A model generated the notes under the pieces. It had not been told where the DNA came from. It saw only the letters and a program-made list of their open reading frames with translations, and did not search any database. Below, piece by piece: positions 12,501 through 25,463 of a stretch of 64,000 nt of DNA. The number at the start of each line of letters is the position of its first letter. Positions within the stretch are counted from its first letter, which is position 1. Origin of the DNA: Haliotis rubra (lineage: Eukaryota); the NCBI RefSeq assembly GCF_003918875.1, contig NW_025765293.1, positions 62,001-126,000 on the forward strand, in the 5' to 3' direction. A program made the translations under genes and the position numbers.

Positions 12501-14599
12501 CTGACAAAGCGAAAATGTCATATGTATATCATTTCACGCCCTGTCACATAAACATCGTATCTACTGAGTGTAACATTCTGAAAGAAGGTACAATAAGTGA
12601 CCAGTCCAGCAAACACTAATCAGGTGTCACCGATTCAGAAGACAAATTCTCTCTAGGATGATGTTGCTGTATCCCAAATATAGTCAGCATTGACATCGGG
12701 ATCAGAATTTGTGTTCAGCAAACTATGCTTGTCGTAAGAGAAAACTAACGGAATCGGGTGGTCAGGCTCGCTTGGTTGCCACATGTCATCGTATCACAAT
12801 TGCGTAGATGGATGCTCATGCTGTCCATCACTGGATTGTCTGGTCCAGACTCGAGTATTTGCAGACCGCCGCCATATAGCTGGAATATTGCCGATTGCGC
12901 CGTTAACCAACCAACAAACAAACACTTTGTACGTCGATCATTAGCCAAACAGTTGTTCCAAAACATTCTACTACAGAATACACTGGGTGGCTAATGTAGC
13001 CAAGCCCCCCAAATCACCTCCATGATGTGACAATAGGTTCGGAGGCTGTAGTGTAAGCATAGATGGTAAATGGGTAGATTATGAACGTACACTTCAGCAC
13101 CATCGACTTGTCCAAGGCGTCTGGTTTCAGCAGGTGAACATCGCATTCATTGAGCAGCCCTGCAACATCAACATTGCCATCACTTTGATAAAACAACGTT
13201 TTTATATCTTGTAGTGAATGTCAACAATAAAGGCAATACACAGGCCAAGATTTTAGTGTTTAAACCTGGACTCAGTTATCTGAACGAAGAAAGTAAAGGA
13301 ACAAAGGTGACTGGATTTTACCAAGCATGAAATGGGTGGTTTCTGAGGCTCTCTTCACGATGTTTTCGTTCTCATCGATGCTCTGAAAAGATAACCCTTA
13401 ATCAGACATTATTGTCTGTAAGTATGTATGTCGGGACATATGGGGAGGTAGGTGATAGGTATGTACAAATATCTAAATATTTTAAACTTAACTCGGAAAA
13501 GAACATACAATGTACCGAATATGCCGTATATTTTATCTACTGGCACAGCGATGTTTCTGGATTGCTTTACAATGGTCTGACAACCTTATAACGGCCTACG
13601 ATGTGTAGTCACTATAAAAGTGTTATCTATAAATTGTGCCCTCTTCGTTGTCAACGAATACCTCCAAAATAACTGAATGAGTAAGTCAGTGAGTTTAGCT
13701 TTACACATTTTTTAGCAATATTCCAGCAATATCACGACGGGGACACCAGAAATGGGCTTCACACATTGTGCCCATGTGGGGAATCGAACCCGGGTCTCCT
13801 GCGTGACCCAAAATAACTGAAGTTACCTTGTACCTCTTTTTAATAAAGTGAATGTTTAAAAAGCATATCAGTCTCAGATTGTTAATTCTGATATAGCTTG
13901 CATGTATTTCGATTTTGGTTTTGTCTCAGTCAGTGATCCTCTTCTGTTTTCCAATGTGCTGAATGAATGAATGAATGAATGAATGAATGAAGGAATAATT
14001 TTCACTTAACCCCGCATCAGCAATATTACAGCTATTCGCGGCGAGCGATGTGCTGTAGACATTAGATAGGTAATTATGGACATGTACTTCTGAAAACGGA
14101 TTCAAAATGTTTTAGATCGTTGTCTTACATTTTAATTGGTTCTAGTACATGTAATACTTTGTAGTCATACATACTATCTCATACGCTCTTCTTTAGCGGT
14201 TATGGTGCATTATATTATTTTAATTACCAAACTCACGTTCTTATATTTGATTTCCATCTCAGCTATGAAGTCATGTTCAGTTTGAGTTTCCTTGTCTGAA
14301 ACAACACCATGATGTAAATACACCCTTAAGAATGAATGAATAATTGGTGCTTTACGCCCCATCAGCGATAATGGGACATCCATAAGAAATCTCGACTGTA
14401 AAATTCCAACATATTATGAGCAAGTGTTACTGTTTATAAAGTGCGTGTTTTTTAAGTATCTAATACAACTCGGCTGACTAGACAATGGCATTGTGTCAAT
14501 AACTACCGGTGCTTTAAGTATAATATTAGTTGTTTTTCGAGCAAAAACTCGAGTTGCTGAGAATGATGTGTCACATGTTATATTTGGGATTACACTTTC

Positions 14600-14930
14600 T
14601 CCGTAAAGTACAAATTCTAGTACTTTTTGTTAGGCCGTGATTTGAACCCACACTCTCAGAGTCAGGCACCCGATCACATAAAGTCAGCGATCTAACCTAC
14701 TCAGCCAACGCGGTTTCCATAGAAATGGAAGTCTGACAACTGGTAGACTACATCATGTACTTTGTGTATCCCTCTGACAAATGTGAATTGACACCGCCCA
14801 CATGGCCGACAGCTATAAATAGACAATGTCAGTTTGAAGGACGCTTCTTAGTAAATTACGGATTCTAGACCCAAAACAGTCATAGAATCTGTAATTTACT
14901 GAGAACGTGTAGTCCCAAATACAACATAAC
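14600..14930. repeat. Interspersed repeat containing an antisense tRNA-like segment
   Basis: aagtctgacaactggtag...ccctctgacaaatgtgaattgac core also at about 18590-18870 and 50870-51200. Reverse complement ggctgagtaggttag...gtgggttcaaatc is tRNA-like. Confidence 0.6.
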
Positions 14931-16206
14931 ACTATAGAACGCTGTTCCATTTCTACACGCAATAAAAAATCAACTCTGATCACTTTCTAAATGGCATTGT
15001 GTATCCATAAGAATAGTGCATCTGTAAGCACTATAGAACGCTGTTCCACTCCTACACGCAATAAAAAAGAACGTGCAATCATATCTCATATAAATACCTC
15101 TTGCATATTGTTTTTCCATGTCCTTGGTCACGACAGCCCCAAATCGTGATATGTTTGATTTCAGCTTTGACAAGCCGTTGGTGTTAAAGACAGCTGCTGC
15201 GGGTATGTCCTGTGTTTGAGTCTCAACAGTGTCAAGGAAAGCCCGAGTTGCCTCCCTTACAGAACTCTCCAACTCCAGGAGGTCTGATTGTGAGGCATAC
15301 GTGAGAACCTTGGTGACGTAGTCTAAAACCTCAGAGCATTTCTTCGAAGCTTCTTCACATGTGTTTAGCTGAGTACGGAGACTTGTCTTGGTCGCCTTCG
15401 TCTGACCTTCAAGATCAGTCAGAAGTTCCTTCTCTCGTTGGTCAAGTTGTGATCGCAGAGTTCTAAAAGTATGGCCAATATTTTCTTTCAACGTGTTGTG
15501 CGTTGTATCTGTGATTTCGGTCCCTCGTCTGATATTCTGAATGTTGGACTGTTGGCGAGCTTGTAAGGTTGCCAGCTCAGTTTTGTGTTGGTCCAGCTGT
15601 TTGAGGATACTTTCAGCTACCACATCTAACTTCTCAACTTCATGATCTGCGTGATCTTCAAATCTGCATCTTCCACAAATCAAAATGTTGCATCTCCGAT
15701 CAAAAAGATAAAGAGAGTCAGGGCTGTGGATACTGCAAGGGGTTGGAATGTTTGAGACAGCTGGTTTAAAGTCGCTGAGGTTTTGAAGTACATGTTTTCT
15801 GGTAAGTTTGAAGTTGCTGTGCATATTCTGGCAGTATTCACAGAGGAGCTCTTCACACTCCCGACACCAACACACAGCCTGGTTGCCGTCATCTTCGTGT
15901 GTACAGAGAAGCTCTGTGGGGCGATGTTTGACTGTCAGATGGAATATTTCTTCTGTCTCACTGCATCCTTCTGGAGGCTTGTGTCTGTGAGGTTGACCTC
16001 CGTCTGACAAGTAGAGCATGATATCACACCACCAGCTGCAGATGTCACACGTCTCTCACACACAGCGTGTAGACAGGGCAGTAGGTAGGGGGCGGGGCCT
16101 TTGAGGACAAACTGCTGATGACAGACAGAGCACTTTGGGAAGATGTCCATTCTGAAAGACAGTAGACTTTAATGAGTGATCTCTGTGATATTTCCCAGTA
16201 AGATTA

Positions 16207-16348
16207 CAGAATACCGGATACCTTCCGCCATCTTTGAAAGCACGCGAGTTTACTTTTGGTTAGGGTGAGGGTAAGGTTTAGGGTAATGTTTAGCGTTAGG
16301 GTGACGTGACACTAAACAGTATGGCTGGTAGGTATCCGATATTCTGTA
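16207..16348. mobile_element. MITE with TIRs enclosing degenerate (TTAGGG)n
   Basis: tacagaataccggataccttccgccat / atggctggtaggtatccgatattctgta inverted pair around ggttagggtgagggtaaggtttagggt. Confidence 0.75.
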
Positions 16349-17419
16349 GGTGTACCTATTTCCCTTTATGGTGACATGGGTAGTTTGCAAACCAACATAA
16401 AGTTGTCACCCAAAGAATAGTTAACAAGCATCTCAATGTTTAATTTACACCGAACGTCAAATCGCTTATTGGGACCCAAGACATTTTTGTCCACAGTAGA
16501 AAGCTTTTAAAATCCTCCTTTCTGTCAGAAACTAGAAATATTCGGACCCTGCCAATATCTGTCGTGTTCATTTGCACAATTTCTTTTGTTTCACACAATC
16601 CTAAACACTGGTTTGTAATCTGTAGTTACACCAATCATTATTTCACGTACTCGTCTACAGATAGATTTCGCGGAGACGCAGCCGTAAAATATCCGTTTTT
16701 ATCAAAGGAGGTTATGGTGACATGCAAGGCCTGATCGATAAATTTCTTTCACTTATATTTCACATCCATTGAGGAATGTACCTTAACTCCTACCTTACAT
16801 TTTGTAAAAGCTTATACCTGATGTTTTGCCAGACAGTTTAACCATTTTATCTGTCCCAACATTGCATTGTACGTTTGTCCAACTATTTCAAATAAGATAT
16901 GTCACTGTGTCCTCACCACAATGTGTTGTTGAGTTAGACTCTGTTTAGACTAACATCTAGTCTCTGGCATTAACACATTTTGCATGAAAATGGTTTTATA
17001 TTTATGTTCATAAAATATAATAAAAATGTCCAGAGACGCATTGCACTTATAGATAGCAACAACTCGTAAAGATTCGGGTTAGAATTGATTTTCAGCAACC
17101 CACGTTTGCTGCACGAGGCGACTAACGGGATCGGCTGGTCAGGCTCGCTGACACATATCATCCGATCCAAATAGATAGTCATGATGTTGTACACTGGATT
17201 GTCTGGTCCAGACTCAGTTTATTAACAGACCCGCGCCATAAAGCTGGAATATCACTGAGGGCAACGTTACACAACAACCCCAGCCAAAACAACAACAATA
17301 ACAACCAACCAACCAAACAAACAAACATAATCCCAAAACAACAAACAACAAAGCCCATACAAACAAACAACTCCCCATCCCCCACCGAAAAAACACAAAA
17401 AACACAACACAAAAAACAA

Positions 17420-17462
<43 letters not shown>

Positions 17463-18120
17463 CAATGAACAACAGCAAAAAGTAATACATTGCAACACGC
17501 ACGCGCATGCACGTGTGGCTATTATGACCGAACTTATGTCAGTTCATTTGTGTTGTTCAGTGAGAGGCCAGGCAGAAATTTAAAACAGAAATCTCACCCT
17601 GAGTATCATTTTACCAGCCCACCTCCATGTGACCTATGTCCCCGAAATACTGGGCGACGCGCGGCATATCAACGTTATCGCCTCAGCATAGTGAGAGATC
17701 CACACACATTCTTTTAACTGCAGCATATACCATTGCAGGGCAGTATTTTCACCGCGACCACAATAACTATTCTACAATAATCGATCTTTTCCGTGCTTTA
17801 GACATCTTTGCAGAGCAAGCTGGTACGATTTTTTACACAACGTACTTTTAAACTAACACTACACGGTAGAGGCTTGTCTGTGCACGATGTGACACAAAAC
17901 ACTGTGTCATGACGTGTAGGACTTTGCCATCATCGTAAGACGAAAGTAGAAATTTGTTGTTGTTACGTAACACAAATAACCACGATGTAAACTGTACAAA
18001 TATTGTATTTGTACCACAAGCAGTAACAACGTGGCCTCGTGACATATACTAGCAAATGTTTGACCAGACAGATAACCGTGTACTGGCCTGCGAGATGAGA
18101 GACAGTTACAACACACCTAC

Positions 18121-18185
18121 CTGGACAAATAACTTCCTTCTCCTGTGGTACAAAGGTCACTTCCGGCAGATGACACGTGACTCAC
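18121..18185 (-). promoter_or_regulatory. Putative non-coding first exon and promoter of TRIM gene A
   Basis: Strong donor CAG|gtaggt ending at 18121. ETS-type CCGGAAGTG at 18158-18166 and E-box CACGTG at 18174-18179. The gene A ATG sits 1 nt after a splice acceptor (exon starts 16151), so an upstream exon is expected. Confidence 0.45.
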
Positions 18186-18976
18186 ATACTTGAAGTGTAA
18201 TCTATCTAGTGCATGTTTACAGTGTAACTGCCTGACTACATATCAGCGCTGTTCATGTGTAGAGACACATGATAACAGGTGGGGGTATTGGGGCGTATAT
18301 CTGGTGAATGAAACAGCGTGTCTAATGTGTGTGTATCGTTCATCGTTATGTGCAAACAAACAGGTATAAAAGGTACTCAATATGACCATTTCCCCAACCA
18401 TCTTGTTCCCACACAAGGGGGCGGTGGGGTAGCCTAGGGGTTAAAGCGTTCGGTCCTTACTCTGAAGACCCGGGCACGATTCCTCATATAGGTACAATGT
18501 GTGAAGCCCATTCCTAGTGTCCCCCGCGTGATATTGCTGAAAAATTGCTAAAAGCTCACTCACTCAATAATCACTCGCTTAGATTCCCGGCATTAGGTTT
18601 ACTACAGAAAGTCCTTAAACATCCAAATTCACCCGGGATTGGGTAGTGAGGTACCTAATGACCAACACACAAAGGCAGCCATCTAACCCGCTCACAAAAA
18701 GTCTGACAACTGGTAGTCTAGACCACGGACTTTGTGTAACCCTCTGACAAGTGTAAATTGGCATGGCTACTGCGGCCGAAAACTATGAATAGCCATTGCC
18801 ATTTAGAAAGTTGGTCAAAAGTACTAGAATCTGTCCTTTACGGAAAACGTGTAATCCTATACATAACATGTGTAACATGAAAATGCATTGTGCACGTGAA
18901 CACCTTTGCTCCGTACTTTAAACTGGTGTTGAGGAAAACTGACATGGCCATTAACAAGCACAATAAGGGCCCCCCT

Positions 18977-19150
18977 GTGAGGTGAGGTGAGGTGAAATTG
19001 GGTTTAACGTCGTACTTGAGAATATTTCGCTCATATGACGACGTGCATGCGTGTGTATGTGTATGTGCGGCTGCTTGTACTAGCCCAGACTGAAGCTGGT
19101 TTTATAGTGCTAGCCCACTGAGATACCATGTTGCAGTGAAGCATGAATAC
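18977..19150 (-). mobile_element. 5'-truncated SINE family C copy
   Basis: Nearly identical to 28524-28700, including the (cctca)n tail. Confidence 0.85.
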
Positions 19151-20039
19151 CCGATCCGTGAAGATCCGTGATCCCAGTAATGTGTATTTAAAGCAAATGT
19201 TAAAGGCCAAACTTTGCAAAAGAGATTGTACACGTGGATCTTCATCGCATTTAGTGCCTTAGTCTTCCAGCATGTTTACCCACGATAGCTTGAAGCGAGG
19301 AACGCGTAAATACCAACAGCAATCATAATGGATGTAGTCAGCTTTCCACAAAATGCAGATGCAATCGTACCTAACAGACACAGACAGACAGACAGACAGA
19401 CAGAGGGGAGGCTCCGCAGCTGGATTAGGATCAAGTATTGGATGGACTTGGTCGATTGCGTGTGTATACGGCAGGGGTCTCTGGACCGGACACGATAAAG
19501 CACAAGTGGCCATGGAACAGCATAAATGAAATAAATAACAACAAAGATCAAATGTGCACAGCTGGTTCCACAAACACAGGCCTGAAATGATAGCTCTGGC
19601 AGACGGCTCAAATTTGAATGTCATAAAAGCTTAAGAGAGTTGAGAGTGTTGATATGGCCTGGTCCAACCAGACCGAGTTTTGGTTCATACCTCAAAGGAG
19701 ATTTAGGCTAAAAGTAAGCATGGCTTCATACGGGCATGCTTCCGAGGTGAAGTATATTATTCGTCGTCACAAACCTGGTGCATTCCCAGAAGTGTGGCAT
19801 AGAGAAGCTAGGTGTTGGTGCACAATGACTTGGCTTGTCATCACATTGCACAGCGTTACAATGTCCGTGTTACTGAACTACTTACATGTAGATGCCAGCA
19901 TACATGGGAATGATGGCACCACTACTTAGACTGTCCTAAGTACCACACAAATACCCCGTCGAATCCCACCACATAACAAAGGCATCTCATACTATCACTG
20001 TGGCCCTGGTAAAACACATGTTAGGAATATAGTTGTATC

Positions 20040-20530
20040 CATGGGGACGCGCAAGCGGGTGTCCAGAACTAACTTATGTTTGGTCACTTTACCCCTTGTT
20101 GAGGTTGAGTTTGAGGTTGAGGGTGAGGTTTAGGGTTAAGGGTTAGGGTTAGGGTTAGGGTTAGGGTGAGGGTGAGGGTGAGGGTGAGGGTGAGGTGAGG
20201 GTCAGGGTTAGGGTTAGTGTTATGGATAGGTTCAGGTTCAAGTTCAGTTAGGGTTAGGTTGAGGTTTGAGTTTAGGGGTTAGGGGTTGGGTTTAGGTTGA
20301 GGTTTGAGCTAGTATTAGGTTGAGGTTTGAGTTTAGGTTATGGTGAGGTTGACATTGAGGTTAGGGTTATGTTGAGGTTGAGGATTAGGGTTGGAATTCG
20401 GGGGTCATGGTTATGGTTAGGGTTAGAGCTGACGTTAGGGTTAGAATTAAGTTTAGGTTTGTGATTCGGTGCCAGGCTTAGGGTTAGGGTTAGGGTTAGG
20501 AGTTTTGGGCTGTACGGGCTTACGCGGCAT
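20040..20530. repeat. Interstitial degenerate telomere-like tract (TTAGGG/TGAGGG variants), possibly inside a MITE
   Basis: About 400 bp of ggttag/ggtgag/ggttga units. Flanks cgcgcaagcgg..tccagaac and gttttgggc..ggcttacgcg are weakly inverted. Confidence 0.8.
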
Positions 20531-22309
20531 TTAAATATCTACCGGCCGGCCGCTAACATGAGTCAAATCAACCGAGTAGACTGCCATATTAGGAAACTTC
20601 TTGAAACCATAAAATCAAGTATATTTCATCTCCTCTCTTGTCCATCTGGCTTCCACTCTTCCTTTTTTGCAATCATAACCAATCACTCCGTACACCAATC
20701 TACTCCGCTCAAATCACTAATTAGTTATTAACACATTTAGGAGTGAAGTATACAGAGAATGGTCGCCGCACTTGGCATATTAATCTTTTAAATTATTTAA
20801 TTCTGACTGAAGCAAATAGACATGTGAGATTCAAAAGCTAATAACATCTGCTGTAAGTGTTGTGGGCATTATCAGTAACATTTCCTACAACCTTACAAGT
20901 GGAAAATAACAGGCATATAGATGCACACTGACCCTGCCTAACTCAGAACATCATGTCCCTCTCTCTTCCAGGGTGTCTGACCAGAGTTCTGCTGTCCTCA
21001 CCTCGTGAAACATGGTCCAGCCTCACTGCCCACATATTTTAAAACTTAATTTCCACAACGTCATTGATAGATAGCGCATAGTAGTTATAGTAGTCAAATA
21101 GCATAACGTTTCTGTAATACCAATACATCTTCTAGTAAATCTGCATTTGTCTCCAAATCCAAAACGTGTTAATCCCACCATAATCAGTACGTCCCACACA
21201 GCTCAGTAGCATCTCTAGTTGCAAGTATAGCACACCCTGTACCAGGTCAGTCAAAAGAAACAGTCCTTGTAATGGTTACATTACAGGCAGTGCCGGCCCG
21301 AAGGCAAACTAATAAAGTCCAGTCACTGTGAGACACATTACAAGTGACGGAGCTATAGGAGAACAGCTGCTGTGGTGTGGTGCTGGCTGACGGAGGTTAG
21401 ATGTTAGAGAACGGGCGCTTTGTCGGCAGACTGAACTTACTGAACGGAAGTGTTTGTTCACATTTCAAAATGCACCCTTAGCTACAGCCATGCCCTGTCA
21501 CTCATGGTAGGTCGGAATGCCGGCCAAAGCTTTTGCCTGTATTTATTGTATTTACGTTACGTTGCTGTAGTAACATATACAATAATATTTATATATATTT
21601 TGGTTCACACTACATACCTTGGTCACTCCTTTCAGTAATGCTGTAATTAGAACAAATGTTCGTTCGTTCCTTCGTTCGTTCGTTCGTTCGTTCGTGCGTG
21701 CGTGAGGGGGGATAGGGTGGGGTGGGAGGGAGGGTAGTTAGACTCTTGGGCTGAAAGCAAGCAAAGATGCTCGAGTTGGGTCACAAGCTACACAGGCTAG
21801 ATATACAGTTAGTATGTCATATCGACCCTGAAACAAATGCAGCCATGAAAGTCTCACAAGTCTATATTAGCACCAAATGAATCTAGAGGGAGGGGTTGTG
21901 GAAACGGGTGAAAATGAACTGTGCAAATCCCCACCCCCACCCCATTTTCTCAAAAGCTGTATCCACCCCTGAGCACAGTTTTAGTTCAGGGAAGAGAGTT
22001 TTGGGGTTCCTTGTATTATAATTTATAAATCAGGAACTGTTCTTTCCCTTTCCAGTATTTTCATTTCACACTCTATTTGTCGGTCGAGGAAATACTATAT
22101 AATCCATGTCAACTTGTCGGTCATGTACACACAGGAGAACAGGCAATATGAAATGGCGAAATCGACGCAGACGTGTTTCCCGTCGACCTTAGGGTAATCA
22201 CCAAAGTATGAAGTGGCTGTATTTTGACATGTGATATGTGACAAGGTGCACCGTTCAAGCATGATAATTCCACTCAATCGTGTCTTGCTTTCGCACGGCT
22301 CTGGTAACG

Positions 22310-23000
22310 CGTTAGACTGATCTACTACGTCATATATGTAAGTGTGTACTGTAGACTGACCTACTACGTCATGTATGTAAATGTGTACTGTAGACTGACC
22401 CACTACGTCATGTATGTAAGTGTGTACTGTAGACTGACCCACTACGTCATGTATGTAAGTGTGTACTGTAGACTGACCCACTACGTCATGTATGTAAGTG
22501 TGTACTGTAGACTGATCTACTACGTCATATATGTAAGTGTGTACTGTAGACTGACCTACTACGTCATGTATGTAAGTGTGTACTGTAGACTGACCCACTA
22601 CGTCATGTATGTTAGTATGTACTGTAGACTGACCCACTACGTCATGTATGTAAGTGTGTACTGTAGACTGACCCACTACGTCATGTATGTAAGTATTTAC
22701 TGTAGACTGACCTACTGCGACATGTATGTAAGTGTGTACTGTAGACTGACCTAATGCGTCATGTATGTAAGTGTGTACTGTAGACTGACCCACTACGTCA
22801 TGTATGTAAGTGTGTACTGTAGACTGAACTACTACGTCATGTACGTGAGTATGTACTGTAGACTGACCCACTACGTCATGTATGTAAGTGTGTACTGTAG
22901 ACTGACCCACTACGTCATGTATGTAAGTGTGTACTGTAGACTGACCTACTACTTCATGTACGTGAGTATGTACTGTAGACTGACCCACTATACCATGTAT
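22310..23000. repeat. 39-bp minisatellite, about 17 copies
   Basis: Unit gtaagtgtgtactgtagactgacccactacgtcatgtat. It generates the HDVVGQSTVHTYI repeat ORF. Confidence 0.95.
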
Positions 23001-23329
23001 GTGTCCTCTGTGAAAATAAATTTTGGAATGGAGTGAAACTAACACCGAAAATAAAGGAATAAACTATATTAGGACATAATATAAGGTATAACCAGAAGGC
23101 AAAGTCATCAATATCCCCCGCAGTTGCAAAATACTCTTCATGAATATGTCAGTTGGTTATGACTAGGTTAGATGTTTTGGCGCGTACATCAGTAGGTGAG
23201 TGAGTGAGTGATATTCCAGGTACATGGCGGCGGTCTGTAAATAATCGAATCTGGACCAGACAATCCAGTGACCAACAGCATCAGCATCGATCTACGCAAC
23301 TGGGATACAATGAGAAGTGTCGACCAAGT

Positions 23330-23640
23330 CAGTGACTATATTACAAATTGTAAAGAGAATACTGAAAGGTTTTAAAGTTCCGCATCAGAAAAGAGCACTA
23401 CCAGTAATTCAGTCGAAGTCAAATTTGTTGCCATGGAAACGCAAAATATATTTTATTGTGAAATCCAAAATTGCCAACAGGCACCAGTTCACCACCAGAC
23501 CAAACTATGTAGCTATTGTAATGAAGCAACATTGAACGGTTGTAAAGTTCTGCTCCGGGAAAGACAAATGTGCACGGACGGACGGACGGACGGACGGGGT
23601 CCATTTTAAACCCTCGCAAAACGCGTTGCGGAGGAAAAAA
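23330..23640 (+). mobile_element. Helentron/HINE(pearl)-type non-autonomous element fragment
   Basis: (ggac)n microsatellite followed by a 3' stem-loop cctcgcaaaacgcgttgcggagg and an A-run, the usual 3' layout of these elements. Confidence 0.45.
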
Positions 23641-24746
23641 ACAGCCATTATGAGTTTGTCATACGTATAATTATGCATCGAACAGCATAATTATATTCTG
23701 ACTGGGATATTTTGACATGATATAATAATGACGGACAGAGACACAGACAGACAGACAGTGTTTTATTTTGTATAAAGGTCCCAAGACCCATGGTACAAAG
23801 TCTGTTTGTTTGCAGCTTGCATAGGGAAAGGAAGTGGCAGTTACAGTAACATGCAGTAGGAAAATACACGTTACAGATCAGTTTACAATTATTACATGAA
23901 CATCTGGAGATATGCGGAAACGTCTTAAGTAAATGTTAATGACCATGTTTAAAGTATCATTAATTAATTCTCATTTCATGATACACGACGTGCACTTCAT
24001 CTTCAATAGCATAATTGTGATTGCATAGAATAATTTCATCAATGTAAGTGGTAAAACTGCTTGGAACTAACTATATACGTTGTTAACAGCCCTTTATATT
24101 GAAAATCTATGTTAAATAGAACATATTTTTCCACAGGTAAATTTAGATTTTGTTTAGATATATAAATGGCAATCAAGTTACATATATAGATCCTATGTAG
24201 TTCCAGAAAAAACTGTTACTGAACCTCTCAACAGTTTTACTTCCGGGTCAGCTACAGCTGACATAAAACTAAAGGCAGCAACACCAAAACTAAATCGATA
24301 AAGCAAAAAGTAGAACATATTTGTCACAGGTCCGCCAAGATGTTGTGATATTTATAAACTCAAAAGAATCTAGAGATCACTACTCTCCTAGAAAGAACAG
24401 TATTTTCTAACTTCTCGGCGGACTTAGATAGAATATATTTGAATCACCTAGTTCACATAATTCAGGCAACACCAAAACCTAATCGATAAAGCAAATTTAC
24501 AACAGAATTGTTCAGGTGGACGATTTCCCTGTGCACGGTAAACAGCAAAACCTGTCAGGATTGATACCAATGTTTATTCCAATGCATATTAAATAACATC
24601 AGCTAATACCTAGCATATCTTACACAATGAACATCAGACATGTCATCATATACATACAATATAGAAATATAGAAAGTCAATGCATGCATTTATCAGATAA
24701 GTCAACCAGTCCACATGGCACCGCAAAGTAGTTGAATACAAACAGT

Positions 24747-25463
24747 TCGTCGCCTGAAAACCAGAGTGTACTAAGTCACAAAAACCTATTTTCGAGAAAT
24801 TCGATATTGAAGTTTAGGACAACAATATCTTCTTCACTTTTCAATCGAATTCTTTCAAATTTTGCACATGCATGTGACATGTTAAACAGGATCAGAAGAT
24901 ATCAAATTATATGCTCAATCTATTGAAATAAATAAGAAATTAACGAAAAATGATTGGAGATAGAACACTTGACCAAAGAAAATCGTGATTTTTCTCAAAA
25001 CCAAAGTGTTCTAGTGTCAAAAAACACAGCTAAAACTCAGCTTTATTATTATTATATCAATATCTGATTGTTATTTCCTTTTTACCAGGATGTATTTTTG
25101 TCGTTTAAACCTGTTTTTCTTTCATAAGGACTATATTTAATTAGATAAAGCAGAAATAAGAACAGAGTTAAAATGTTCCATTTCCATGATGACAATCACT
25201 TCAAAATTGGTAAATCTCAATGTCACGTGATCAAATTGTGCTTGCCCATTGGTCAATTGACAACTTAAAACACTCGAAAATTAACAACATGTGATTTCCA
25301 TGGAGATAGAACAAAGTTTCTGTTTGAAAAAAACACTTTCAAAGCTAGATAACACTGTAAACAGTTGCTAGAGTAATAAATTATGCTCTAAAACCTACCC
25401 TGAGCATACTAACTCTAATTTTGTCAAAAGTGGACTTAGAACACTCTGGTTTTCAGGCGACGA
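24747..25463. mobile_element. Non-autonomous DNA transposon (about 717 bp) with roughly 30-bp TIRs
   Basis: tcgtcgcctgaaaaccagagtgtactaagtc at left; gacttagaacactctggttttcaggcgacga at right; AT-rich non-coding interior. Confidence 0.85.

Larger units (their letters stand above)
11551..16150 (-). pseudogene. TRIM gene A: RING-Bbox1-Bbox2-coiled coil-B30.2/SPRY-like; exons 16150-15098, 14295-14237, (13958-13827 uncertain), 13382-13322, 13159-13091, 12207-11551; frameshifts near 15950 and 11915
   Basis: RING CSVC..LLPCLHAVCERR..CSTC, with one Zn Cys replaced by Arg. Bbox1 C..AVCWCRECEELLCEYCQNMH..H; Bbox2 CSIH...FDRRCNILICGRCRFEDHADH; long coiled coil. Last exon YWETETRV...LEVGV...LHYGVVYD...IVFIDV...PLWPMFGV is SPRY-like. 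GT-AG sites have compatible phases (1,0,1,1). Two frame breaks in exons. Confidence 0.85.

Noticed and set aside
17179-17512. Cys/Val-rich hydrophobic ORFs
   Set aside because: They are translations of (CA)n and (AAC)n microsatellites at a SINE tail.
19940-20015. BIR-like fragment on minus strand (FYQGHSDSMRCLC..GGIR)
   Set aside because: It is too short, needs a frameshift, and the rest of the BIR motif is absent.
20090-20500. Chromosome-fusion telomere scar
   Set aside because: The repeats are single-orientation and highly degenerate, with no head-to-head TTAGGG/CCCTAA junction.
22095-23045. 316-aa His/Val-rich repeat ORF (HDVVGQSTVHTYI)n
   Set aside because: It coincides with a 39-bp minisatellite, has no true ATG start, is open on both strands, and has no non-repeat coding context.
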